Below, in pieces: positions 15,001 through 30,000 of a stretch of DNA of 64,000 nt. Source of the DNA: Schmidtea polychroa (lineage: Eukaryota); the NCBI GenBank assembly GCA_044892525.1, contig CM097888.1, forward strand, positions 80,972,001 to 81,036,000. The letters are read 5' to 3'. Below the pieces are notes generated by a model, which saw only the letters and a program-made list of their open reading frames with translations, was not told the origin of the DNA and ran no database searches. The position numbers were made by a program, and so were the translations under genes. Numbering within the stretch: position 1 is the first letter of the stretch; every line of letters starts with the position of its first letter.

Positions 15001-18000
15001 TAAAACGATTTTAAAGTTTTATAAAACAACTTTAGTAACAATTGAAAAATAATCATTTTTTGAGTCACTGATGATAAGATTTCTAGATTCTAAAATCAAT
15101 GTTCAGTAGAGTGGGGCAAAAATGTCAACATTGTTTGTTTAAACCTGCAAAAGTTGACTTACTTAAATGTAAGTATATTATATGCGATATAAGAGTTATT
15201 GAAGAAGTTCTATGGATCCCAAATTTTCTTTTTATGTTTTACAAATAATACGTATTCCATGTTTATATGAAGTTTATGTAATTTACTATTAATTAGATAG
15301 TTTGATTTAGAAATATTTAAAAACTAAATTGAATGTGTATATTAAAATATTTTTTTGTTTGTCTTATTGTTTGCTTTGCGACAATTTAATATTTATTTGG
15401 TGTTACATACGAAATTGACATTATAATTTGACTAATTCAACTCCTGGAACAGTTATTGGGCTTACAAATAAGATTTTTGTATTGTTCAGTTTTAATTAAT
15501 TGGTTATTATGGTTTTTTATTGGTTGGTGTTGTGAGTTGTATATAAATTTTATATGGCAGCAAAGGCCGTAAGAAACTATTGGAAGTATGTGCAAAGTTT
15601 GAAAAGGATATGATTATCAATGGTGAAACAAATACACCAGTTCTTAACCATTCGTATTACCTTCCATTTCCAGATAGATTAGTCAAGGTAGTTGTCTAAT
15701 ATTTGATTTTATGGCAGAAAACTGACAAATATTTTGTGTATTAAAATTTATTAAAGAAAATTTGTGAATTGTTTTCTGTGTATGCTTGTGAAATTCTTTT
15801 ATCTTCATAGAAAGAGTTTGTTTAATAATAATCTAATTTTCCTTGAATTCATCGATTACATAATTATTATTTATTATATAAATCAGGCCTGCACAACATA
15901 AAGAGTTGAGAGCCAAAAATTTCAAGGAAAATGTTGAATTTGCTATTAATGAATTTATTGAATATGCAATAGTCCTATTACACACTCAGTGCCGGTTCTA
16001 GGAGTTTTCTGTGTGTAGGCGAGATGCGAATTTGCCGCCGCAAAAATAAAAAATGTTGTAATTTTTAAATAGAAAAACACTGAATATCTGAAGTTAATAC
16101 ATATATTTGTATTTTAATATGAAAAATTAAACAAAATTCAGATTTGTTTTTCAAGATTTCGACCCCAACCAAAAAAAACATTTTATTTTTCTTGTTGGAA
16201 TTGACAAAAAATAGAAAATGCCGCCTTCAGAAAATTTCCGCCGATGTCGCCTACGCTTAAACCAGACCTGTACACACTGGTATTATATGCAATATAGATT
16301 AAATTTATTTTTTAAATATATAAATTTTTGATTTATTTAGGAGCTTTCTAGAAAGTGTTCAGCGGCCACATGTTGTGCAGGTCTGTTATAAATATTTCTT
16401 TTATTTAGACATGGTAACTTAGATTTGACATTTAATCTGTCGAAATATCATAAATATATTAATAAATATTTATATTAAAATGTATTTATTAATAAAATAT
16501 ATTCATTAAATGTTTGAACCTGAAATAAAGCTGGTGTAGTAGCAGAAGAAAAATTGAAGGATTTTGAAACGCGAGTTTCAATATTACTTTTACCCATATA
16601 TTTTGATATCATAACTGTTTTTGCCGTTCCAGGCTCTCCAATAAGTAGAACTGATTTTTCTTGTTTAGCTATATTGTCCATCAGAAACTCCGTTCTTACA
16701 TTATCAACATTAGGAACCAGAATTTTTGAATACTCTGGTGTAAAATCATGTGGATATATGTATTCGTCCATGTAGTTATTCCAATGGTCCCATTTGCCTA
16801 TTTAAAAATATCAACTTTAATTGAGCAAATATTTCTAAACTCATTTAACCTTCAGCATTGACTTTGTATTCAAACATTGTAGAATCAGATTCAACTTCGG
16901 GCAAATCTAGATTTATGTCTTTTTCGTTTCGTATAAATTCTTCCATTTTTGCTCTTTCATTTAGTTCAAGAAAAGCTCCCAAAGACCACATTAAAGCAAA
17001 GACATACAACCTTTCAAGATGTTTATCAGGAAGGCTTTCCTGAAAAATGACCCCTTGGAGAATATCACAGGCTTGGCGAATGATAAAAGCCTCCAAAATC
17101 ACCATTTTCATTGTTAAGTTATTAATAATATATTTGAGAGTTTGTGGAAATGATTTTTCAAATAATGCATACAACTTTTCTCTTTCCGACATCGGTCTGG
17201 TTAAAAGCCATCCCTGGAACATAAAAATATTTTAAAAAATTTAATATACAATATGACCTTTAATATTGGACTCCAATTAAGGGCTGAACTCGACATGAAT
17301 ACCATTCCATTTCGCGAAACTGTTGCTGGAGAGGCATTGTCAATATTATGCACTTCAAAAATGATTTTGCAGTTTGGGCCCATTGGGATTCGGTCACCGT
17401 TTGCAAGAGTTAAAGTTTTATTATCATCTAAAACTGAATTCAAGTTTTCAATCCAAATAGCATCAACCGGGCCATCTAAAATTAGCCAGCAATGTTCTCC
17501 TTTTTTCAATTTTAATGTACGTCTCCAAAGTGTTGAAAATATCCCGTCTGTCCAATCATTTGTAGCAACATCTAATTTACCAAACATTTCAGAAGCTAAG
17601 ATTGCTTTAGGATTCATTCTCATTTCTCTATGTGGATCACCGCAATCTGTGAGAGCTTTCATCAAAACAGTAATACAAACTGATTTCCCTGCTCCAGAAG
17701 GTCCAAGGGTCATCATTCCATGACGGACACATTGGGTTTCATACAACTTGGTTAAATCAAATATTTCATTTGATTATGTAAAATAATATACTTGAACAAC
17801 TTTTAAAACCCAAGGAGGATGGTTTATCATCTTTAAACCGTCAACTTGTTTGCGTACAGAGCTTTCAAGCTCTGGATAACCAGCTTTGTCAAGAACAATT
17901 CCAGGAAATAAATCATTTATCAAAGACAAAAATAAAGGCTCATCTTGATCTACTAATTTGCTCAGATTCATATCTCTTAAAACTCGCATTACAGTACGGT

Positions 18001-21000
18001 CTTCTGAATCATTAGGAGCGACTCTTCTAGCTGACCCAAGAGATCTCAACACAGATAAAATATTCCTCAATCCAAAATCATAATGAACCTGCCATTAGCA
18101 CATATCGTAGAATTGAATCACATTTTATATTAAAAAGAGGCGTTGGATGAAATGCAAATATTCCCACCCAAAAAGCATTTAAAATAAAATAAAATAAAAT
18201 TATATTAAATTCATATTAATATCGAGGTCTCTGTCATATGTGTGGATATTTATTTTAAATCCTTTTGAAAAGCTATTTCCATTTGCAAAGCAGTTATAAA
18301 CCAGAAAATTACTTCCAATTTTCATAAAGTTAATGAAATTGCTTTTTATATAAAAATATAAATGTCTCTGCAGTGACGAAAATTAAAAATTTGTCCCTTA
18401 ATTAATACAAAAGGTAAGTATCAAGTCAACTTGTTTAAATAATACAGGCTTTTGTTTATTAATCACTCGCACTAGCAATTAATAAACATGTGCGCGTGTT
18501 GAACCCATTCACAGAAATTCGCAACAATTTGGTATGTTATTTTAACTTATGTCAGTAAGTCGAGTGCTATACAAAATATAAATTGCACATCATAACTACA
18601 TTTGTTACAGATAGCAGACAGTGTACATAGCACTTTATTCCAGTGGTTTATTTGATATTATTTAATTATAATATAACTACATTTAAATATTCTCTACCGA
18701 TTTATTAATACTAAATTTTAATTACTAATTAATATCTACTTCAAAACTGATGTTTAAGGCTTTTAAGATTAGAAATGTCTTTTGATAGTGATCTTCTTTC
18801 AAAGTTTTTTAAGCAATTTTTAATATGGAATATCTAAAGTTACAAAAACAATTAAAAATCTACCTCAACTGCCATTGAATTTAATGATGAATGGAGATAG
18901 AATGTAATTTGTCTTACTTGTACTTGAGTGTAGCCGTTTGAGAAGATTTGCAAGACATTTTGAAAGGAAACATGCAAATAATGCTCGCAATTCGAATGAA
19001 GAAACCCAAAAATACAAGCAGGAAATCTCTCACAAAAAATGTAATTACACGAAAAAAATAAATTGCAAGAACTTACTATTACAGCAAGTTTTTTAGTAGC
19101 AAAGAAGATGACAGAATGTAGAAAACGTTTTTCGGAAATAAAATTTAAAAGATATGCATGTTAGGTGTATGTGGCTGTAAATTGTCATTTAAACAAACAG
19201 TTAATAAATAAATTAGAATCGGTCCATTTTTATGTAATAGCACTTGTCGAAAGGAATCTTTTAATCATTAATTTTGGACAGGCTTTTAAAATTTCGAAAC
19301 AATTTTCGTCAATTATTTCTATGAAAAACGAAAAAAGGAGATCTTTATCATAAGAATCAATGTATTTTGACAGAGTATATTAATTGGAAAATTTTAGTAA
19401 ATAAATGGAACGCCAAAAATAGTTGGAAAAAATGTTTCAAATGTCGCACTTTTCTTGTAACCATCATCAAATGTATAAATACATTTAATATTTTACAAAC
19501 TCGTTGATTGAGAAAGTTATATAATCTTTGTGTCGCTATATAGGTCTAAACACTTAAAATCTTCACTATGAATCAGTAAATATATCGATGTTTTTGATAT
19601 ATTTACTGATTTATAGTCAAGCTTATTAATAAATACAATGTCAATTGAAAAGAAATCAGTGGTGAAATTTGAAAAAAGTTCTTATAATACTAAACACTAA
19701 AGTTTGTAATAACATCCTACGGTGGTAATCGATTAAATAGAATCAAATTGTTTTTTGGTTTTCGGATGACTGGAGTGATCAAATTCTGAGGTTTGGTAAC
19801 AAAGTTGCTGGGTTCGATACCAGATAGGATCTTTTTCTTCTTGGTATTTCCTTGGTATGTATGCCTGTCTGCTGTGAAAACATTTTATAAGAACAAGGAT
19901 TAGTTACTTATTAAAATAAGTAATTTCAATGTAACCAAATTTACACGAAAACTAATTATAATAAATTGCTCAAATTTTCAGACTCCCCATAATTTTTTAT
20001 ACATTTTTATTTTATTAAATTCATTTAATTTTGTTTTATCCTTCATATAGATTTTATTCATATATATGACTGCAAAAAATATACTTGTTTTGTTAACTGT
20101 TCTTCACACAATTTGTAGAGAACGAAGAATTTCCTCGCCAAAATTATATTTTCAATAAATCCGCAAGCGGCCAGTTTGACACGGATGATTATCTGTCTAT
20201 CCGGCACCATCATTGCTACAGATCTAAAATTAATTTTTAAATTTTCCGGCAATTCCTGTCGCCCAGCATATCCGGGATTCTAAAGTTTTCAAATTGTTAA
20301 AGTTTTCCTCAAAAATAATTTTAAAAAGTCTAACCATGGTCAAAAACAAACCGAATTCTGGATTCATTTCTACAGTATCACCATCACTGAAAATGAATTG
20401 GGTTTTGCCTTCCTTTTTGCACTGTAATATAATTGCAATTTGTTGAGCAGCTACCGATAATACAGGCAATTCTATTCGATTGAATTCATCAAAACATCCC
20501 CAAGATCCCGATTGAGCCAATCCTTTGAATATTCTTCCCAAACCTCGAAAATCCATTTGATCAGAACAGTTGAAAACTACGACGTACTTTCCCAAACATC
20601 GACCCATATCCTATAAAGGTGCATATTGAAAAGGATAAATTCGCTTCGTAAATACTTTTGTCGTTTCTGTTTTACCAGTTCCAGCCGGACCAGCTGGAGC
20701 TGCTCCTAAACTCATACTCAGGGCTTGAGCAATGGTTATATAGCATCGATCTGTCAAAGGGGTTATGACCAAACGTTCAGTACAACCAAGGAATTCATTT
20801 TGATACTCAAAATCTACATCAGTAATTGAAATGACACATTTGTCAACATCTTCCATGAAATAAAATCGAGTTTGTTTGGTCCACTCGAAATCATTTTGAG
20901 ATTTTACGTTCAATTTACACTAAACGTAAATAAATCTGTGTATCAAGATCAAATAAGGTTCAAAGGGTTGATAGATAAGTCACATTTGCATTAACCAAAA

Positions 21001-24000
21001 ATAACAAAAATACAATGATTGTCAATTTGTACGTTATTATTGTCTCGTAACTAATATTGAGCATTACATGTAATAAAAAGTAGTAAGGTATGGTAACCTA
21101 AGGTGCTTTGGTCAATGGTTATATGTTAGAAATCCACCTATCAAGATTTCAAAACGGGATTTTCGACGTAAAAGGGTTCTTTTTTTTGAAACCTAAAATT
21201 CGATTTTAAATGAATGCCCAAGGTGTTGTTCACTAAAACTCTAAAGATTGAGAATCTTTATTAGTCAATCGAAAGATCCTATTATTATTGGAGGACAAAA
21301 ACAACTTGCAAAGTGTTAGTAAAGAAATCTTATCTTCTGAAACTTTACCTCATCCAGCCTATTCAGCTGAAACTTCTTTGAAAGACTTCCATTTATTCTT
21401 TTCTCCATTTAACATGGACTTCATTTGGAAAATGTTAAAAAGTTTATTGGTGATTTTAAAGTCTCTTCGAAGAGTAGGCAAGTCCATCAGAACGAGTTGG
21501 AGCAAAAGACACTAAATGGAATCAAAATATTAGTATAACGCTAAGAAAGACGACTGATGCTTATATCGACCATTTTAATAAATAAATAAATCTTTGTTTT
21601 AAACAGACATTATTGTCATAAACCCGAAAAAACCTTTCCGGCATCTTGATATATTTGGCATAATGTCATAAAATTATAAAAAGATAATGGATAAAATGAC
21701 ATACTAAATCGTCAAAAATATCTCTTTGGTGAACATGAATCGTAATCAAGGTTTCGTATTTCGTTCGGGCATATTTAGTCAAATCGCGAGTAGTTTCTCC
21801 AATCAGTAAATTTAATAGTAACAAAAATGTTTTATTAGTTTTCTGCATAATTTTAGGATCATTTCTTGCTTCTCTTAAAGCATCGGTAGCGTTTCTTGTC
21901 CATAAAATCTGTATACCAAGTAGACCAACTTGAGATGGCTGAGCATCTAAGAATTCAACAAGATCAAGATCTTCGTCTTGAATTTGAAATGCAGCGTTTT
22001 GAATGACTGTGTGCAACGAATATTGTGCTACCTTTAACAAACGGCCGAGCCACGATTCAACGTGTCCTTCACACTTAACAGGTCTAATCATCTGTTATTG
22101 GTTTTAATTAATAAAAAATAAAAGATTCCTAATTTTACTTTTAGCTCCTCATTTTCAGACGAAAATGCCGAAACGATTAAGTCATACTGTCGATCATCAA
22201 ACTTTACGCGCTTTGTATTGTCAAATATGGACAATAGGTGAGCTTGAATGGAATGTGGATCAGAAGCTTGGCCTAAAATTTCCAAAAGTACCGGATCGGA
22301 AACGAAAAAGAATCTTGGAAAAACCAAGCGCTTTTTTTCTAGATATCCAGTGAGGGATTTCTGGCATATTTCTAACTGTTCGAAAAGTCGTGGTAACAAT
22401 TCGACAAGCGAATGATCACTTGAACAACATTGGACGACATTTGTGGTATCGCGCGCTCTTTCCATAACTTTTACATACGATTTATCAATGCCTTGGAAAC
22501 GTTTAGCTTCTTGTGGTAACTGTTTAGCGATATCTCCACCGACAAATACAGCTTCCAGATATACCCAAAGATTTTGAACTTTCATCCAATTTTCTAAAAC
22601 TTCACTCGAAGTTGTTAATTTCTGAACCCATTCTGTAATAGGCTTTTTGAATGGAGCATTATATCTATATTTTCAATAGATTATTATCATTAACATCTAA
22701 ATTATTAGTTACCTGTTACTCATTAAAGAACTCAGCACCATTAAAGAATCTTCAAGTAAGCTTATGACTTCACTAACTCGATCTCCTTTAAGAAGCAACT
22801 CTCCGCGATTCTTAAAAGATGCTAGCTTTAAATCTTGATTAGCCCAGTCACTAATGACACTATTCAGTTTTGCTTCTATATCTTTCTCTCTAACTGCAGA
22901 CACACAAATGTCTTCAACGTCATCTTTTACAGCCAATAATGGGGCATCAAGCATATTTTTCAACGTAAAAGCCTCTGATTCCACATCAAAACTATAGTTT
23001 GTAAGATCTGCCAACCGTTGCCAATGTCTTGGTTTCATGGCTTTATTTGTCATCATTTCTAACAATGGAACTTTTTCATTAAAATCGTCAATAGTTTTTT
23101 GTAAATCAGTATAAGCTGGCCAATCTTTTAAGGCTTTCGGTAATCTTTTGCATCTATAAAAGAGATAAAAAATAAACTAAATAAATGTGAGACAAATTGA
23201 ATTAAAAATAAATCCTAATTTAAAAAATATAATAATTTTCATATTAATGTTTGTGTATTTTAACATTGGGCGAACGCAGGTGGAAAATATTAGTATAAGT
23301 ACTTGTCATAAGACAGTTGTATTGCGCATTAGAGAATTGATAATAAACTTCATGCACTAAAATATCTCTCTATATATATAAAAAGCTAAGGGTCCTCTCC
23401 ATCCGAATTTTACTTTTTTTACTTTTTTTTTATTTTTTTTATTTTTTTTATTCTTTTGTACTTATCTATATTACTTTGAAACGGTTTATGCTATTATCTT
23501 TTATCATAGTTATGTAAACATATTAATAAACTGAATCTTACTCCTGTCCAAGAATACCCTGGGTATTTACTTTATTATTAACCCCACGTTCTAACGGGGT
23601 TGGTAAAGCGAAGCGAACAGGGGCAGAGCCCCTAGTTTCTTTAATTATTATACATGCTTTAACATTATGTCTATTTAAAGTTTAATTAATTACAGTTCAT
23701 ATACATTCTAAAAGATGATATGGACCTTTAATAAGTAAATTTATTCTATAATCATAACATTTATAACACATTTGATACAAGCTGTATCTAATCGAAATTA
23801 AATTTAGTTTCTAATTTATATTGAAAATTAATATCAGAAGCCACTGAACAGTATGAAATTGTAAAAAAGTATTCAAAATCCGGGAGGTGTGAGACAATGG
23901 ACTTAAATACTGAGTGTCCCAAAAAAGAGGAACATATATTAGCATATATTACACGAATCTATAGTTGAGAGGACATAAATGTATTTGTCAAAACTTTCAT

Positions 24001-27000
24001 ATGAATTTTTAAAATTAAAAAAAATTCAGTTGAAATTTTACTTATTTTGAAATTCCTGTAAGTCTGATCCAATTTTGTCCATGTCAACATTCTTCCAGAT
24101 AATTTCATAATATCCACTGACTGTTTTGTTAACTTCGTTATACAAACCATAAAGACGCTGAAGAAGTTCTAGCTCTTTTCCGATTTGCAAAAATGACGGA
24201 TATGAAGATGTTGGTAGACCAAACAAAATTTCACCTTTAGCATAACTTTCTAATTTTCGAAGTAAGTTATCAAATCTATTTTTAAATAAAATTTGTTTAT
24301 CCAAAGCTTCTACAGGCGGCAAGCCCGGTTTCATAGGTCCCCTCTAACAATAAATCCAATTAAAATGTAAAGCATATTATTTAAAGAAACTTCATTATAA
24401 TCATTAATAAAATCTTCAATATCAATTTTCAGTTGACTGATGTTGTTCAGTAGGCCTTCTTTATAACTTCCTTGTATAGCCAAAATATGGTCAATCGCTT
24501 GAAATTCATTTTCCTTCATTCTATTATAATTGCACCTGACCGCTTCTACTAGATCTCCTGTTGACTTAGGATATGGAATATCAAATTTACTCATAGTTTG
24601 ACTTGCGTACTAAATGTAATAAAATCATGGAGAAATGTCATAATTTACAAATAAAATAAAAATTTACCCAGGGACAACATGTAATAGCATCCCTTACTTT
24701 AAGTATCACGACAATTCGCCGATAAACTTTTGGTCTACGACATATCGTCTACTGATACTTGGTCTACCGACACTTGGTCTACCGCGACAATTCGTCTACA
24801 GACGAAAAGTCTGTAGACGAATTGTCGTGGTAGACTAAGTGTCGGTAGACGATATGTCGTAGATCAAAAGTCTGTAGACCAGTTGTCGTGGAACCCTTAC
24901 TTTATAACTGAACTAATTATCATTTCTCTGCAATAACTAACCTAAGATTGGTGGGAAAATACTTGATAAAGGCTTTACCAAAAAAAGGCTGTTATCCTTA
25001 AAAGCTTATTGATAATGTATTTCTATCAAATATCAAAAGAAAACTGTCTAAAATGGTCAAATTTTTATCTCAAATATTTTTCGTTTTAAAAATAATTTGA
25101 AAAATCAAATGATTTAGTTTGAATGGATTATTGGAACTCCGAAAATAAATTTATAATTACGTATCCCAAAAAATACCGCCTTCCAAACGTTTTGTTGCGC
25201 CAAATTTACCGAAAACTGCTAGAATTATATTTTTAGTCCATTAAATACAAAATTAAGTGTTTCTAAATACATTTTTATTAAAAAAAATAAAATGATCTTG
25301 GAGCAGAAGAAAACTTGGAAATTGTACAAAATACTGAAATTTATATTTTGCCCTATGGTTATCAACAGTTAGCACTTTAGAAATAATTTTTAAATATGTG
25401 ATTAGAAAGAGTAACTAACTTTCTTGAATCATTATGTTTTATTTATTAAGAACTTTTTTCAAAAATTTAGGCACAAAAACAAAGCGAAAATCAATAAAAA
25501 TATCAAATTCATAATAATAATTAAAAGTACAAAAATATTAATTAAAAAACTCAAAAAATTAAAAATGAATATTTTCCGGGGGAAACTGGTATGGGCGGAT
25601 GCCGAACAATGAGGCAAGTTCAAATATAATAAAAACAAAGTTAATGGGGGTTCTCTAGAAGGAAATAATTACAAAATACTAAAATTAATTAAAAATTAAT
25701 TAGCTAATAGAAAACCCGAGCCAAAGGAAAACCCGAGTGATCAACATTAATAATATTCAATTAGGGAAGCGAAACTGAAAGGGAATGAAAAAAAAGATAC
25801 AGTCAAGTCAACACAATTTGGTCGAAGAAAGAAGATTAATGTTGCATTGAAAGGGAGTAAAAGCGAATTTAAAGTTAGTGCTAACCAAATCATTTTGAGT
25901 CTTAGCGTACCAGAAAGAAGCACTCCCGTTGAAAGATATATTTCTGTGTTGAAATTGAAAAGTGTGCAGAGTAAAGAGTTACTTAAAGTGGTTTAAACTG
26001 AAATTATTTCATTAAAGTATGTAATAAATAAAAGTGTGTTTGTGGTAATTTCGAATAAATATTATTGTGTTTGGTTGTTATATTTGCGTAATAAAGGGAC
26101 GCCAAGGAGCCAGAGAGTGGTACCGACTTACACAAATACCCAACAAATTTATACAATGTTTATTTATTACTATTAATTGGATAAGAATTTAAACCAAAAA
26201 AAAATTTTTCCTTTAGAATTTTATCTATCTTCATTTAAATTTCGTATATAGATAAATGTTTTTTTAAACAAATAATTCTAATATTGTCTTCTTCAATGTA
26301 TATTACCAATATTGATTTATGTCTTGTCGTTTAAATTTTCGAATAGACATTATCAATCATTATTGTAGTGTTTTAATATGGAATTAAGTGAAGAAGAATG
26401 CAATGTAATTATCTTTAGTTTATGTTAATGTTTGAAATCTATCTTTCTACCTCTTTTCTTTTGATGATATGTATCTTAAATGCAAATTTAAAGATAAATA
26501 TTTAAAGATTTCCTTTGAAAGTAATATAACCTTTAATACAAAAATATAATTAACCTCCGCTGTCATTATATCGTAATCCATTTTGATATCTATTTGTCTT
26601 ATGTAAGCTAATGTATCCATAATAAATGCAATATCGTCTAGATTAGTAATATTCTTTGATAAATTCCGTTCAATTTCATCAAGCTGGGTTTGGATAGCTT
26701 CTATTCTGCCTACAAATCTTTCAGTACAGCCCGTTACATAAACCTTAATTAAATAATGAATTCCAATAAAATAATAGATGGCACATAACATTCATGTTTA
26801 ACAAAATATAATTAGTTAAAATAAAAAACTGAATATAAAGCAAAAATATTTAGAAAATGAATAAAATTTATATATAATAATTTATATATAATAAAGTTGT
26901 GGTAGAAAATTAATTTATTTTCAACAAACAAGATTACGATTTTAACAGTCACTGACCTATTTATTATTGGTTCTTTTATTTTCACCGTCATTAATTTATC

Positions 27001-30000
27001 AAGCGAAATGAATCGCTGAACATTACCTTGAGACTGTGAAAATTCAAAAGCCATCGCATTTGAATATATTATTATTGAATCACTATAATCCATTAACGAG
27101 CAATTAAATTTTTCAATTTTTTTTGATACTCCCTCTTCAATTAAGAACTCATGTGAGTGGGACACAGGGTTGCCAACTTTTGAAGATGTCATTATAGTAC
27201 AATATGGACAAAATTATAGTATTTTCAAAAAAATTATAGTACATATAGCTGTCGTCACTATTGCTACTAATATCCATAGTTACGTTACGGTTTCTAAAAT
27301 ATTAAAAAAATAAGTTAGAAAACATTTTAAAAACTTAATATTTAAAAAACGTACTATGTTTAGAAAAACACATGAACTTTGAATTTCAATCCAACAAAAC
27401 AAATCAGATGTTAATTTTTACCATCTGCTCATATTCATTATTCATACCGAAATACGTTTTGTAAAAAATTAATATTGATTAAAGTTTTTTTTAGAAAAAT
27501 TCTGATTAATTGTTTTCAGAAAATTAAAATATCGTAGTGAAAAAATGTTTTAGATAAATTTGTTAAAATTATAGTACAATTAGAACTTCCAATAGTACAT
27601 AGTACACAAGATACAAATTATGGTACAAATACTATAATTATAGTACGGTTGGCAACGCTGGTGGGACAGGTAGTATAAAGTATTTTATTTGTAAAACTAA
27701 ACAAACATTAATACCCTTAATATTTAAAACCAAATTACTTTTAAATTCAAATTGATTTTTATTAAAATCATAATATTGTCAAATTTAACAAAAATAACAA
27801 AAAAATGAGTGACCAAAAAATTGCAATGTTTTATTTTTCTCAATGAGAAAGATTCGTTTAAATTGCCTGACAATTAATAAATAATAAATAGTACTGTAAG
27901 AAGTCAAAGTTGTCATCAAAACTTGTATTTCATTTCAAAATCTCCTTGTTTTCAAATCGAATATATAAACAAATTTTATTTTGACGCTTTTACTTTACTT
28001 TTCCCGACACTTTTTGACATCCAGAATTCGAGATTTGAAAAGGTTGTTTCCCAGGGAACTCCCGGCTCCCTATAAATTCACTTGAAAAAATTCAGTGCCG
28101 AAAATTCGTGAATATCAAAAACATCGATATATTTACTGATTTATATATATATATATATATAGTCAAGCTTTTTAATAAATACAATGTCAATGGAAAATAA
28201 ATCAGTGGTGAAATTGGAAAAAAGTTCTTATAATAAAATAATAAAATATATAATATAAATATATTGAAATGTAGCTACAATCCTACAATATTTAAACTGG
28301 TAAATATTGAATTGAGTTGAATTGGTCAATAGAAAAATATCAAAGTCAGTGATGCCCATTTTTTTTATCAGATGTTTGTGCGAAAGTAAATGTAAAACTA
28401 AGTAATTTCCCGTNNNNNNNNNNNNNNNNNNNNNNNNNNNNNNNNNNNNNNNNNNNNNNNNNNNNNNNNNNNNNNNNNNNNNNNNNNNNNNNNNNNNNNN
28501 NNNNNNNNNNNNNNNNNNNNNNNNNNNNNNNNNNNNNNNNNNNNNNNNNNNNNNNNNNNNNNNNNNNNNNNNNTGATTTGAGATATCACAAACTATTCAG
28601 TGTTAATCAATTTAAATTCATACGGGTATAAATGTAAAAAAATAAACATTTATTCATGTTGGTCAGTAATGATCCAAAGGACATACATGAGTTAAACTAA
28701 TAAATTTGATTTAGTTTAACTTAACATATTGTCGACCTATCTGGAAGATTTCCCAGTTTGACAATGTAAGGCAACACAGTAATGTGGCACCCCGACAAAA
28801 GAGCGCAAACAAAAGAGCGCCGAAATAAGAGCGCAGTCAATTAAAAAACCACATGTTGTACGCTTAACGAATATGAATTGGTTAACACTTGTTTTTAACA
28901 ATCGGCGGTACGATAAAACGACATTGCACCTATTTATGTTTATTTGTATATTATGGTTAATATGTTATGAATGCAGTTATTAATTCGATATTAAATACCG
29001 AATATTATTAATTTAGTTTGCGTTCTTATGTCGGCGCTATTTTGTCGTGCGCTCTTTTGACGGGTCTCCCAGTAATTTATAGATGGTTTTCAGAATATTT
29101 CTGAAATTATTATCACTACAATTGTTTTATATTATAGAAAGAGTAAAATAGATTTGAAAATGTCACTAGTTGTCGCTTGAGAAATATGCGCGGTGGCTAG
29201 CTCATACTAATTTGCAATACGTTCAGTTGGTATTTGTTAAATAATTTTATCAATTCAAACAAAGAAAAGATTTTACTTGTTTGTATTGTTTCAAATTAGC
29301 TAATGCCGCCAATTTAAATTCACTCGTGTCTATATATAACGGTCCAATGATATAAAATGGGACTTCGTTTTCTAATTGTTCCTGAACGCTGTCAAGCTCC
29401 TTGAACTTTGACTGAAACTCATACATAGAAGGTTTATTTTTCATAAATTCCGCTATTTCTTCATTTGGATTCGACGTCCATAAATTGGAATAGGATTGTA
29501 AGGTTTGGGTTAAACTTTTTATTTCCTTCAGTTCTCCTATTTGAAAATATTATCATGTAAATTTAAGGAAATGTGGTGGAAAATTTCACAAACTAAATTT
29601 TTTTTTAATTGTTTTATGTTTTACAAAATATTCCTAGCTGATCTATTCAGTCCATCGGATGGGGCTTTTTTAATCCTTTGATGCCGACAACCGTATACAA
29701 TCGAAGACTGTATTTATCCTAACCGTATATTCAAATAGATTTGTTTATTTCTACAAAAACAAATCTAACATTTAAATATACGTTTTGAGTGTGTACAATA
29801 TTCAAGCAGAGACGCCAGTAAAGGCATTTTCCCAACGTTGCTAATAGAAAAATAGGCCGACATGAAAGGGTTAATCAGACCGCTATTTATTAAACTAAAA
29901 ACGAAAGAATTATACAGATTTATACGGAAAGATTTATACAGATTGACAAAAAAGTCACTTTTTATTTACTTGTTTTTTCAAAAATTCACTTGAAAAGGGC

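Noticed and set aside
21100-21520. Coding-like segment in intron 25 including ORF 21288-21515
   Set aside because: No recognisable motif in any frame; multiple stops.
24720-24890. Short regularly spaced repeats that could be taken for a CRISPR array (also 53895-53940)
   Set aside because: Eukaryotic context; units of 14-15 bp with no unique spacers; explained as MITE subrepeats.
25566-26132. Purine-rich TG...CA segment resembling a solo LTR (similar composition at ~3400-4170)
   Set aside because: No TSD, no second copy, no PBS or PPT.
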